Below, in pieces: positions 19,812 through 28,283 of a stretch of 52,371 bases of DNA. Every line of letters begins with the position of its first letter. The stretch's first letter is position 1. Under the pieces are notes generated by a model that had not been told where the DNA came from, did not search any database, and saw only the letters and a list, made by a program, of their open reading frames with translations. Source of the stretch: Actinomycetes bacterium (GTDB lineage Bacteria > Actinomycetota > Acidimicrobiia > Acidimicrobiales > Ilumatobacteraceae); contig JANPGL010000268.1 of the NCBI GenBank assembly GCA_031423915.1, positions 1-52,371 on the forward strand, written 5' to 3'. The position numbers and the translations under genes were made by a program.

Positions 19812-19961
19812 CTACGGCTCCGAGCGCTGGTTGCGCTTGGGGTACTGGGGGGACGTGACGTTCTTCAGGTAGCCGAGCACCAGGCCCACCACGGTGAGCA
19901 CCGCGCCACCGAAGAGCGTGACCCCGATCCAGTAGTGCCAGACCTTCGCGGCGAGAAGCAT
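19812..19961 (-). CDS. Hypothetical 49-aa single-pass membrane protein
   Basis: MLLAAKVWHYWIGVTLFGGAVLTVVGLVLGYLKNVTSPQYPKRNQRSEP has one clear TM helix and a basic tail. No convincing SD, so the call is tentative. Confidence 0.4.
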   Translation of the reverse strand: MLLAAKVWHYWIGVTLFGGAVLTVVGLVLGYLKNVTSPQYPKRNQRSEP

Positions 19962-20038
19962 GAACGGCACTCTATCGGGGCCTTCGCGACTGCACCCAGC
20001 TCGCCCCGGGCCGTCCGGGCGACCGGTTCGGAGCGGCG

Positions 20039-20296
20039 TCAGGCCGGGTCGTCGGCGCGGTCCGGCGCGGCGTCCTCGCCGAAGCAGGCGCGGATCTTGT
20101 CGAGCAGACCGGCGGGCACCTCGGTCTCGCGGGCCTTCACCCGGATGACCATGCGCAGCTCGGCATGGAAGTCGAAGGCCTGCAGGCAGTCCATGCACCC
20201 GTCGAGGTGATGGCTGATCAGGTGCTGTTGCTCCGCCGGCACCTCGCCGTCGAGGAAGCGGTACAGCTCCCGCAGGGTCTCTTCGCAGTCAGCCAT
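20039..20296 (-). CDS. rsrA: Zinc-binding anti-sigma factor (ZAS family, RsrA/RshA-like)
   Basis: HxxxCxxC motif as HHLDGCMDC, plus an N-terminal Cys (MADCEETL). 8-nt overlap with the sigma-factor gene upstream. Confidence 0.92.
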   Translation of the reverse strand: MADCEETLRELYRFLDGEVPAEQQHLISHHLDGCMDCLQAFDFHAELRMVIRVKARETEVPAGLLDKIRACFGEDAAPDRADDPA

Positions 20297-20894
20297 GGGA
20301 TCGGGTGGGCTCCGGTTCGGACACGTCGGCGGGCCTGTCGACCAGGCCCTGCTCGATGGCGAACTCGTACAACGCCTTCTGCATGGCCTTTCTTCCCCGG
20401 TGCAGTCGGGACATCACCGTCCCGATGGGGATCTCGAGGATCTCGGCGATCTCCTTGTACGAGAACCCGTCGACATCGGCCAGGTAGACGGGCATGCGGA
20501 ACGCATCCGGGAGCTGCTCGAGGGCCGAGCGCACCTCGCCCTCGGAGAACACGTCCATCAGCTGGTCCTCGGCCGAGCGGCTGGCCGCCACGTGCTCGAG
20601 AGCGCCGATCCGGCGATACAGGTAGAGGTCCTCGACGTCGTCCAGGTCGCTCTCGATGGGTCGACGCTGCTTGGCCCGGTACGAGTTGATGTACGTGTTC
20701 GTGAGGATGCGGTACAGCCACGCCTTCAGGTTCGTGCCCTCGGTGAAGCTGGCGAACGACCGGTAGGCCTTGAGGTACGTCTCCTGGACCAGATCCTCGG
20801 CGTCGGAGGGGTTCCGGGTCATGCGGAGCGCGGCCGAGTACAGCGCGGGCATGTGCTCCAGCGCGAGACCCTCGAACGCAGATCGGTCGGCCAT
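20289..20894 (-). CDS. sigH: ECF RNA polymerase sigma factor SigH/SigR
   Basis: Region 2 is [17 protein letters not shown]...[15 protein letters not shown]. Region 4 is [25 protein letters not shown]. Coupled to a ZAS anti-sigma gene. Confidence 0.93.
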   Translation of the reverse strand: MADRSAFEGLALEHMPALYSAALRMTRNPSDAEDLVQETYLKAYRSFASFTEGTNLKAWLYRILTNTYINSYRAKQRRPIESDLDDVEDLYLYRRIGALEHVAASRSAEDQLMDVFSEGEVRSALEQLPDAFRMPVYLADVDGFSYKEIAEILEIPIGTVMSRLHRGRKAMQKALYEFAIEQGLVDRPADVSEPEPTRSHG

Positions 20895-20923
20895 GGTCCG
20901 CCCACCTTACGCAGGGCGGACGG

Positions 20924-21466
20924 TCACGTGCCGTCGTGGAGGGCGGCGACGAAGCCGTCGATCGAGCCGACCATCCGCTCGAGGTACTCGGCGAACTGGC
21001 GGCGCTCGTCGAGGTCGAACGCGCCGACGACGGCGCGCATGAGCTCGCGGCGGTGGCCGACGATGTCGTCGTGCAGCCGGCGACCCTCGGGGGTGGCCGA
21101 CACCAGCACGACACGGCCGTCGTCGACGCACGAGTGGCGCTCGGCGAGGCCGGTCTTCAGCAGGCGCTGCACGGCGCGCGTGGCGGTCGACGGGTCGACC
21201 CGCAGCCCGTCGGCCAGCTCGCTCATGCGCCACGTGGGCTGGCGCACCAGCAGGTCGAGCGTGTCCCACTGGCCGGGCTCAAGCAGGGTCTCGCGTCCGT
21301 CACCGAACATGTAGGCGCGCAGCGCCCCCATGGCGGCGCCCCGACGGAGCTCCTTCCAGGACCAGCCGATGCGGACCAGGAGCTCGTACTCCTCGTCGAC
21401 CGGTTCGCCGGAAGCCGTTGCGGCCGGAGCGGCCGGAGCGACGGCGGGCGTGGCGTTGGCGGTCAC
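20924..21466 (-). CDS. MarR family transcriptional regulator
   Basis: The wHTH region is WRMSELADGLRVDPSTATRAVQRLLKTGLAERH..DDGRVVLVSATPEG. GTG 21466 is the proposed start. The remainder of the 395-aa ORF is not credible. Confidence 0.8.
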   Translation of the reverse strand: MTANATPAVAPAAPAATASGEPVDEEYELLVRIGWSWKELRRGAAMGALRAYMFGDGRETLLEPGQWDTLDLLVRQPTWRMSELADGLRVDPSTATRAVQRLLKTGLAERHSCVDDGRVVLVSATPEGRRLHDDIVGHRRELMRAVVGAFDLDERRQFAEYLERMVGSIDGFVAALHDGT

Positions 21467-21468
21467 CT

Positions 21469-21481
21469 TTGTAGGGTACAA
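21469..21481. promoter_or_regulatory. Small palindrome TTGTA-ggg-TACAA in the MarR/hydrolase divergent region; possible MarR box
   Basis: Read directly. It sits in an AT-richer spot directly upstream of the MarR start. Confidence 0.3.
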
Positions 21482-21550
21482 GCTGTGGACACCCCCGGGG
21501 GCGAGAACGCCGGCAACCGACCGCAGACGCCGCTGGAGGCACTGGGGGTG

Positions 21551-22201
21551 ATGGCCTCCCAGGAGGTGGCGGTCACCGATCGCCTGCGCCACCTCGAGCT
21601 GTACACGATGCGCGGCTTGCTGACCGTGCTCTGGCACGGCACCGGCGACGAGGACGCCGCCGTGGTCGCCATGGGTGGGGCCATGGGCGGCCTGCTCGGG
21701 CCCGCCGAAGGCCTCTACCACCAGCTGGGCGAGGCGCTGTCGCGCGACCACGGGATCGCCACCCTGCGCATCAGCTACCGCAAGCCGAACGACCTCGACG
21801 CCTGCGTGCTCGACGCAGCGGCAGCCGTGCAGCTGGCCGTCGGGAACGGCGCCGAGAAGGTCGTGACGTTGGGTCACTCGTTCGGCGGCGCGGTGGCCGT
21901 GCGCACCGGGGTGCTGCTCGCCGAGATGGTGGCCGGCGTGTGCACGTTCGCCACCCAGTCGGCGGGGTGCGAGATCGCCGGCGGGTTGTCGGGCCGTCCC
22001 TTCCTGCTGTTCCACGGCGACCGCGACGAGATCCTGCCGGTCGACGCCAGCTTCATCGTGCGCGAGATCGCGGACTGGGGCGAGGTGGTGGTGCTGCCGG
22101 GCGACGGCCACCTGCTGGCGCGCTCGGGCGCCGTGATGGGCGAGCGGCTGCTGACGTGGATCCCCGAGACGTTGCGGGGCGCGAGCGGGTCGGCGACATG
22201 A
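21551..22201 (+). CDS. Alpha/beta hydrolase (dienelactone-hydrolase-like)
   Basis: MASQEVAV..., nucleophile elbow GHSFGG, and LFHGDRDEILP near the C-terminus. GGAGG lies about 11 nt upstream of ATG 21551. Confidence 0.75.
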   Translation: MASQEVAVTDRLRHLELYTMRGLLTVLWHGTGDEDAAVVAMGGAMGGLLGPAEGLYHQLGEALSRDHGIATLRISYRKPNDLDACVLDAAAAVQLAVGNGAEKVVTLGHSFGGAVAVRTGVLLAEMVAGVCTFATQSAGCEIAGGLSGRPFLLFHGDRDEILPVDASFIVREIADWGEVVVLPGDGHLLARSGAVMGERLLTWIPETLRGASGSAT

Positions 22202-22569
22202 TCACCGGGTTGGCCGGCGTGCTCGTGTGGACGGCGCCCGACCGGTGGCCGGCCATGGACCGCTTCTACGTCGACGTCCTCGGGCTGCGGCCCCGCACGC
22301 GGCGCGACGGGTTCGTGAACGTCGAGTTCGGCGCGCAGCGCCTGACGGTCACGACGCACGACGGCCTGCGCGGCCCCGCGCTCGACCCGCTGCGCATCAT
22401 GGTCAACCTCCAGGTCGACGACATCGGCGCGGAGCACGCGCGGTTGTCGGCCCTGGGCGTCGCGTTCACGCGCCCGCCCGAGCAGGAGCCGTGGGGCGGG
22501 TGGGTGGCGACGTTGGCCGATCCCGACGGCAACACCCTGCAGCTGTTCCAGCTACCGGCGCCGGCCTGA
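22198..22569 (+). CDS. VOC (glyoxalase/bleomycin-resistance) family protein
   Basis: MITGLAGVLVWT...DPDGNTLQLFQ C-terminal motif; 123 aa. ATGA overlap with the upstream gene. Confidence 0.75.
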   Translation: MITGLAGVLVWTAPDRWPAMDRFYVDVLGLRPRTRRDGFVNVEFGAQRLTVTTHDGLRGPALDPLRIMVNLQVDDIGAEHARLSALGVAFTRPPEQEPWGGWVATLADPDGNTLQLFQLPAPA

Positions 22570-23436
22570 CGACGGCGCCGACCGGGCCGCACCGAGCCCG
22601 GCGACGAGAGGTCGGAACGCGGCGGCGTTCGCCCGGCGCGTCACCGCCCAGATCGTGCGGTGGGCCCGCAGCGGTTGGTCGGCCACGGTGACGCCGGCTC
22701 GGCCCCGGGCGAGGACGAGCTCGGGGACGATGGTGGCACCGTGGCCTGCGGCCACCAGCGCCAGCAGGGCGTCGTTGTCGGCGACCGTGCCGGTGACCGT
22801 GGGCGTGATGCCGGCGCGCGCCAGGACGCGGGCCACCGCCTCGGCGCAGCGCGTCCGGTCGCCGTTCACGAGCCACGCCGTGCCGTCGAGATCGGCAAGT
22901 GTTGTCGTCCGGGCCCGGCGGCGGGGCAGCACGAGCCGCAGCGGGTCCTTCACGACGGCGGCGTAGACGAACCGGCGCTGGCGCGGCACGGGCGCCAGGT
23001 CGTACTCCTGCACCAGCGCCACGTCGACGTGGCCGAGGCCGAGCTCGCGCAGCGCGTCGTCGTCCTCCGCCTCCACGACGGTCACGACGAACCGGTCGGC
23101 CAGCGCGGCGAGGGCGGGGGCCAGCAGCTCGGTGAGCGCCGAGGCGAAGCCGGCCACGACGACCGGCCGCGGGCCGTGGTGGGGCACGACCGCGACGCAG
23201 CGCTCCTGGGCGTCGAGCAGCTCCAGCGCCAGCGGCAGCAGGCGCCGGCCGGCCTCGTTGGGCCGCAGACGCCCGGCGACCCGGTCGAACAGCGGGGCGC
23301 CGAGGCGCCGCTCGAGCTTGGCGACGTGCTGCGACACCGCCGGCGCCGTGTACCCGAGCGCCTCCGCGGCCGCCGCCGCCGTGCCGCGCTCCACCACCTC
23401 GACGAACGAGCGCAGGTGGGCGGGATCGAGGACCAT
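22552..23436 (-). CDS. LysR family transcriptional regulator
   Basis: HLRSFVEVVERGTAAAAAEALGYTAPAVSQHVAKLERRLGAPLFDR HTH region. The start is ATG 23436 or the adjacent GTG 23439. Confidence 0.9.
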   Translation of the reverse strand: MVLDPAHLRSFVEVVERGTAAAAAEALGYTAPAVSQHVAKLERRLGAPLFDRVAGRLRPNEAGRRLLPLALELLDAQERCVAVVPHHGPRPVVVAGFASALTELLAPALAALADRFVVTVVEAEDDDALRELGLGHVDVALVQEYDLAPVPRQRRFVYAAVVKDPLRLVLPRRRARTTTLADLDGTAWLVNGDRTRCAEAVARVLARAGITPTVTGTVADNDALLALVAAGHGATIVPELVLARGRAGVTVADQPLRAHRTIWAVTRRANAAAFRPLVAGLGAARSAPSSGRRR

Positions 23437-23466
23437 CACGACACGTTACTGCCGGGCATCCAGACC

Positions 23467-23481
23467 GGAACTGTTCGTTCC
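23467..23481. promoter_or_regulatory. Inverted repeat GGAAC-tgttc-GTTCC in the LysR/DapA-family divergent region; possible LysR box
   Basis: Read directly in the 70-nt intergenic region. Confidence 0.3.
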
Positions 23482-23506
23482 TGCGCGAGCTGCGCATCAT
23501 CGGACG

Positions 23507-24400
23507 ATGCGCAGCGCTCTCGATCTGCGGGGCCTGTGGGTCCCCCTCGTCACCCCGTTCACGCCCGACGACCGCGTCGACCACGACGCGTTGGCACGGC
23601 TGGCGCACCGCCTGCTCGCCGACGGCGCCGACGGCCTGGTCGCCCTCGGCACCACGGGCGAGCCGGCCACCCTGACCGCGGACGAGCGTCGGTCGGTCGT
23701 GGCCACGTGCGCCGCCGTGTGCGACGAGCACGGCAAGCCGATCATGGTGGGGTGCGGCACGAACGCCACGGCCACCACCCTGGCCGAGGTGGAGGCCTGG
23801 TCGGCCACCCCCGGCGTCGACGCACTGCTCGTGGTGACCCCGTACTACACCCGCCCGTCCGAGGCGGCGATCGTGGCGCACGTGCAGGCGGCCGCCGCAG
23901 CGAGCACGGTGCCCGTGGTCGTCTACAACATCCCGTACCGCACGGGCCGGGGGCTCGGCGCCGAGTCGCTGCTGACGCTGGCGGCAACGCCCAACGTGGC
24001 CGGGCTGAAGCAGGCGGTCGGCGCGCTCGACCACGACACCCTCGAGCAGCTCCGTCGTGCCCCCGAGGGGTTCGCCGTGCTCGCCGGCGACGACGCGTTC
24101 GCCGCGCCGATCGCGCTGATGGGCGGGGCGGGGGCCATCGCCGCGGCGGCCCACCTGGCCACGCCGGCGTGGGCGGCCCTCGTGCGCGCCGGCCTCGACG
24201 GCGATGCCGCCACGGCGAGCCGGCTGGCGGCCCGGCTGCTGCCGATCGTCGACGCCGGGTTCGCCGAGCCCAGCCCGGCCGGGTGGAAGGCGGCCCTCCA
24301 CGCTCTCGGCGAGATCGCCACGCCCGCGGTGCGGCGACCCCTCACCGAGGCCGACGACGACACGGTGACCCGGCTGCTCGCCGAGCTCGCGGCGGCCTGA
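23507..24400 (+). CDS. Dihydrodipicolinate synthase (DapA/NAL) family lyase
   Basis: WVPLVTPFT, ALGTTGEPATLT, VVTPYYTRPS, VYNIPYRTG motifs. Its divergent LysR partner suggests a catabolic paralogue rather than housekeeping dapA. Confidence 0.85.
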   Translation: MRSALDLRGLWVPLVTPFTPDDRVDHDALARLAHRLLADGADGLVALGTTGEPATLTADERRSVVATCAAVCDEHGKPIMVGCGTNATATTLAEVEAWSATPGVDALLVVTPYYTRPSEAAIVAHVQAAAAASTVPVVVYNIPYRTGRGLGAESLLTLAATPNVAGLKQAVGALDHDTLEQLRRAPEGFAVLAGDDAFAAPIALMGGAGAIAAAAHLATPAWAALVRAGLDGDAATASRLAARLLPIVDAGFAEPSPAGWKAALHALGEIATPAVRRPLTEADDDTVTRLLAELAAA

Positions 24401-24453
24401 CGCCGGGCGGCGCCGGTCCGAGTCGGCGACGACGGCGGCGACCCCGGGGCGCG

Positions 24454-25803
24454 GTGCGTACGATCGTCCCGGTGCCGCCGCCGTCCTTCGCCCTGTCGCG
24501 CCTGCGTGGCCGCGGCGTCGTGCGCACCGACGTCGACGGCCACCGGCCGTCGACGCCGTTGGAGCTGTTCTTCGACCTGACCGTGGTGGTCGGCGTGTCG
24601 CGGGCGGCCGATGCGCTGCACCACCAGCTCGTGGCGGGCGACCCGGTGCACGCCGTGGCCGGCTTCGCCGCCGCGTTCTTCGGCGTGTGGTGGGCGTGGA
24701 TGAACTACACCTGGTTCGCCTCGGCGCACGACTCCGACGACGTCGCCCATCGGCTGCTCACCTTGCTGCAGATGGCCGGGGCGCTCGTGTATGCGGCGGG
24801 CGTGGCCCGCGCCGTCGACGACGGTTCGTTCGCCGTGCTCACCGTGGGCTACGTCATCATGCGAGCCGGCCTGATCGCCGGTTGGTTCCGGGTGGGTCGC
24901 GACCAGCCCGACCACCGGGCCCGCGCCTACGGCTACGTCGGCGGCCTCGTGGTCCTCCAGGTGCTGTGGTTGGCCCGGCTGGCGCTCCCGCCGTCGCTCA
25001 CGGCCGTCAGCTTCGCCGTCCTCGGCCTGGGTGAGCTGACCCTGCCGTGGGTGGTGGAGTCCCGCAGCGGTCGGGTCGCCGTGTTCCACCCGGCCCACAT
25101 CGAGGAGCGCTACGGACTGTTCACGCTGATCGTGCTGGGCGAGTCGATCCTGTCGGCATCAGCCGGGTTCCAGGCGGCGCTCGACGAGCGCGGCCTCACG
25201 GCTCCGCTCCTGGCCGTCGGGCTAAGCGGCCTGGTGGTGGCGTTCGCGGCCTGGTGGATCTACTTCGACCACCCGGGCCACCTGACGCCGACACCGGCGC
25301 AGGCGTTCCGCTGGGGGTACGCCCACCTCGGCGTGTTCGCCTCGCTGGCGGCGTTCGGGGCGGGCGTCCGCGTCGCCGCCGACGCGCTGGGCGGGGCGGG
25401 CACGGCCCGCGCCGCGGCGGTGGCCCTGACCGTGCCGGTGGCGGCCTACCTGGCCGGACTGGCGCTGGTGATGGTGATCACCGGCACGCCGGTCACCAGC
25501 GCACGCGTCGTGCCGAAGCTCGCCGGCGCGGGCGTGCTGCTCGTGCTGGGCACCGTGCTCCCGCTGGCCGCCAGTGCCGTCGCCTGTGCGGCCACCATGG
25601 CGGCACTGGCGCTGTCGATGGCGATGAGTGCCGAGCCCGGGTCAGCGGTCGCCACACGCGACGTCGGGCGGCTGACCCTAAGGGCGGGCGTCGTCGCCGC
25701 TCAGTCCTCGGTCAGCTCGCACAGCAACCGGCGGGCCCGGGCCGCGTCGGCGTGGTGGACGAGGATCCGGCACGTCGGCACCACGGTCATGCGCTGCTCG
25801 TGA
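24454..25803 (+). CDS. Low temperature requirement protein A (LtrA) family membrane protein
   Basis: PLELFFDLTVVVGVS, FGVWWAWMNYTWFAS, ERYGLFTLIVLGESI motifs. The start is GTG 24454 or 24472. The last ~35 codons look non-native and overlap a convergent ORF. Confidence 0.8.
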   Translation: MRTIVPVPPPSFALSRLRGRGVVRTDVDGHRPSTPLELFFDLTVVVGVSRAADALHHQLVAGDPVHAVAGFAAAFFGVWWAWMNYTWFASAHDSDDVAHRLLTLLQMAGALVYAAGVARAVDDGSFAVLTVGYVIMRAGLIAGWFRVGRDQPDHRARAYGYVGGLVVLQVLWLARLALPPSLTAVSFAVLGLGELTLPWVVESRSGRVAVFHPAHIEERYGLFTLIVLGESILSASAGFQAALDERGLTAPLLAVGLSGLVVAFAAWWIYFDHPGHLTPTPAQAFRWGYAHLGVFASLAAFGAGVRVAADALGGAGTARAAAVALTVPVAAYLAGLALVMVITGTPVTSARVVPKLAGAGVLLVLGTVLPLAASAVACAATMAALALSMAMSAEPGSAVATRDVGRLTLRAGVVAAQSSVSSHSNRRARAASAWWTRIRHVGTTVMRCS

Positions 25804-25997
25804 CTCACGAGCTCGGCCGAGCACTCCCCCGACCAGCTGGCCCGGCGGCCGGGGGCGTCGACGGCGGCGGCCGCGATGGACTCGCCTCGCAGCACCTCGA
25901 GCGCACTGGCGCCGCGCCAGCGCTCGAGCACGGCGACCTCGACGAGATCGTCGAGCGCGTCGTCGGCTCGGTCGACGAGGCGCCGGAAGAGGCCCAT
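25701..25997 (-). CDS. Hypothetical small protein (possibly DUF2007-like)
   Basis: 98-aa ORF lying 9 nt downstream of the 26007 gene. MTVVPTCRILVHHADAARARRLLCELTED is reminiscent of DUF2007, a weak assignment from memory. Confidence 0.4.
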   Translation of the reverse strand: MGLFRRLVDRADDALDDLVEVAVLERWRGASALEVLRGESIAAAAVDAPGRRASWSGECSAELVSHEQRMTVVPTCRILVHHADAARARRLLCELTED

Positions 25998-26006
25998 GCC
26001 GGCACG

Positions 26007-26762
26007 CTAGCCGCGGGCCACCGCTCCCCGCGTCGCCACGGCGTGGCGCTGGCGGGCGGCCGCCGCCACCAGCACGTCGAGGTCGGCGTCGCGCTCGTCG
26101 ACGACGTGGTGGAACGCGCCGTCGTCGAGCGCGGTGCGATAGCCGTGGCGCACGGACCGCTCCGCGGCCCGATCGGCGGCCACCGTGGACGCCACGCCGA
26201 GCCGCGCGGCCCGGTGGTCCGCCGGTGCGCCGAGCCGCACGTGGAGCGCCGTCGGGTGCCCGGCCAGCACGAACGCGGCCGCCCGCCCGACGATCACGGC
26301 ACCGGCGTCGCCGGCCGCCGCGTCGCGGATGACCTCCTCGGTCTGGTGGAAGCACCGCGTGATCACGTCGGCCTCGCTGGCCGCGCCGAGGATCTCGGGG
26401 CACGGGCTCATGCAGCCGGACCACAGCACGGCCTGGAGCAGGGGCGACGGCGCGGTGCCGTCGAGGGTGCGGGCGTCGTCGTCCGGGATGCCGAGGGCGG
26501 CCGCCACCAGGGACGGGATCTGCTCGTCGAGCACCGGTACGCCGAGCTGGGCCGCGACCCGCTCGGCGAGACGCGCCGCGTCGCACCCGGCGTCGGCATG
26601 GATCGTCACCACGACGCCGTTCGTCGGGGCCACCGGAGCCGGCCGCCCTCCGCCGAACCGGGTGACCGTGCGGGGCAGGCGGATCGCTCGGCGCCACGAC
26701 AACGTGCGGGAGGGCAACGGCAGCGCCGGGATCGCAGTCATTGTCGCAGCGTGACGGCGCAC
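26007..26762 (-). CDS. Cytidylate kinase-like family protein (degenerate P-loop)
   Basis: VVTIHADAGCDAARLAERVAAQLGVPVLDEQI and AVIVGRAAAFVLAGHPTALHVRLGAP match the layout of the cytidylate-kinase-2 family. The true start may be GTG 26633, which has GGAGGG 11 nt upstream. Confidence 0.55.
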   Translation of the reverse strand: MRRHAATMTAIPALPLPSRTLSWRRAIRLPRTVTRFGGGRPAPVAPTNGVVVTIHADAGCDAARLAERVAAQLGVPVLDEQIPSLVAAALGIPDDDARTLDGTAPSPLLQAVLWSGCMSPCPEILGAASEADVITRCFHQTEEVIRDAAAGDAGAVIVGRAAAFVLAGHPTALHVRLGAPADHRAARLGVASTVAADRAAERSVRHGYRTALDDGAFHHVVDERDADLDVLVAAAARQRHAVATRGAVARG

Positions 26763-26838
26763 CGTGAACCGACCGGAGCGGTTCGGCCAACGCCGGGTGA
26801 ACGACGGGTGAAGTCGCCACGCCTTTGACGCCGCCTGC

Positions 26839-26856
26839 GGAATGAATGATCATTCC
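26839..26856. promoter_or_regulatory. Palindrome GGAATGA-atga-TCATTCC, candidate TetR operator overlapping the first in-frame ATG
   Basis: Read directly. It is the AT-richest spot of the region. TTGACG (26825-26830) lies upstream as a possible -35. Confidence 0.45.
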
Positions 26857-27436
26857 GACCATGGTCACCGCCACCGCCGGCAAGCGCGCCGCCATCCTCG
26901 ATGCCGCGCTGGCGCTGTTCGAGGAGCGCACCTTCCACGGCACGGCCATGCCGCTCGTGGCCGAGCGCGCCCAGGTGGGCGCCGGCACCATCTACCGCTA
27001 CTTCGCCTCGAAGGAGGCGCTGGTCAACGAGCTGTTCCGCACGTGGAAGACCGAGCTCGCCGGCGCGCTCGCACCGGCCGCCGGCCACGACGACGCCCGC
27101 GCCGGCTTCGACGCGTACTGGCGCGGGCTCACGGACTTCGCCCTCGCCCACCCGGCGGCGTTCGCGTTCCTCGAGACCCACCGCCACCAGCCCTACCTCG
27201 ATGCCGACAGCCGGGCCCTGGCGGCCGCCATCGACGCCGACATCGAGCGCTTCATCCGCGTCCACCAGCGCCAGGGCACCCTGCGGCGCGGCGATCCCAC
27301 CGAGATGATCGCCCTCACCCTCGGCGCGTTCGTCGGGCTCGTGCGGGCGGCGGCCGACGGCCGGGTCGAGCTCACCCGCCGCCGTCTGCTCGCCGCCGGC
27401 CCGACGGTGTGGCGACTCCTCGCCCCCGACGCCTGA
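26846..27436 (+). CDS. TetR/AcrR family transcriptional regulator
   Basis: KRAAILDAALALFEERTFHGTAMPLVAERAQVGAGTIYRYFASKEALV HTH region. The alternative start ATG 26861 would make the palindrome promoter-proximal. Confidence 0.9.
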   Translation: MIIPTMVTATAGKRAAILDAALALFEERTFHGTAMPLVAERAQVGAGTIYRYFASKEALVNELFRTWKTELAGALAPAAGHDDARAGFDAYWRGLTDFALAHPAAFAFLETHRHQPYLDADSRALAAAIDADIERFIRVHQRQGTLRRGDPTEMIALTLGAFVGLVRAAADGRVELTRRRLLAAGPTVWRLLAPDA

Positions 27437-27437
27437 C

Positions 27438-27465
27438 CGACCACCGACCACCGACCACCGACCAC
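27438..27465. repeat. Heptanucleotide tandem repeat (CGACCAC) x4 in the TetR-SDR spacer
   Basis: Counted directly. It ends 15 nt before ATG 27481. Confidence 0.9.
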
Positions 27466-27480
27466 GGACCGGAGCCCCTC

Positions 27481-28236
27481 ATGCCCATCGCCCTCGTCAC
27501 CGGTGCCTCCAGCGGCATCGGCCTGGAGCTCGCCCGCCTGCTCGCCGCCCAGGGCCACGAGCTCCACCTCGTCGCCCGCCGGGCCGACAAGCTCGACGCG
27601 CTGGCCGACGAGCTCGGCCGTGAGCGCGTCCACACCCACGTTGCCGACCTGGCGCGGGCCGGCGCGGTCGCCCCGATCGTGGCGGCCGTGCCGTCGGTCG
27701 ACATCCTCGTGAACAACGCCGGCGTGGGCGACTTCGGCGCGTTCGTCGACGCCGACGTCGACAAGACGCTCGACATGATCCAGCTCAACGTCGCCGCCCT
27801 CACGGAGCTGACCCGCGCCTACCTGCCCGGCATGGTCACCCGTGGCCAGGGTCGCGTGCTCAACGTGGCCTCGACCGCGGCGTTCCAGCCGGGCCCGCTC
27901 ATGGCCGTCTACTACGCCACCAAGGCCTACGTGCTCTCGTTCAGCGAGGCGATCGCCGAGGAGCTGCGCGGCTCGGGCGTCACGGTCACGGCGCTGTGCC
28001 CGGGCCCCACCGCGTCGGGCTTCCAGGCCGGCGCCGAGATGGAGGCCTCGAAGTTGGTGAAGGGCCGCAAGCTCCCTACCTCGGCCGCCGTCGCCCGCGC
28101 CGGGCTGCACGCCATGGACGCCGGCAAGGTGGTGTACGTGCCGGGCCTTCGCAACAAGGTCATGGCGTCGTCGATCCGCGTCAGCCCCCGGCCGGTCGTG
28201 CGCCGACTCGTCCACGCGCTCCAGCAGCCCGGCTGA
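27481..28236 (+). CDS. SDR family oxidoreductase
   Basis: ALVTGASSGIGLELA, LVNNAGVG, YYATKAY (YxxxK). Confidence 0.92.
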   Translation: MPIALVTGASSGIGLELARLLAAQGHELHLVARRADKLDALADELGRERVHTHVADLARAGAVAPIVAAVPSVDILVNNAGVGDFGAFVDADVDKTLDMIQLNVAALTELTRAYLPGMVTRGQGRVLNVASTAAFQPGPLMAVYYATKAYVLSFSEAIAEELRGSGVTVTALCPGPTASGFQAGAEMEASKLVKGRKLPTSAAVARAGLHAMDAGKVVYVPGLRNKVMASSIRVSPRPVVRRLVHALQQPG

Positions 28237-28283
28237 CGCCGCGCTCCCCCACCACGGGCCGGTCCCGGTGCGAGACTGCGCCG

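Noticed and set aside
19962-20038. GC-rich hairpin (UCGCCCGG...CCGGGGCGA) after rsrA considered as an intrinsic terminator.
   Set aside because: The stem is imperfect and no U-tract follows, so this is not enough for a terminator call.
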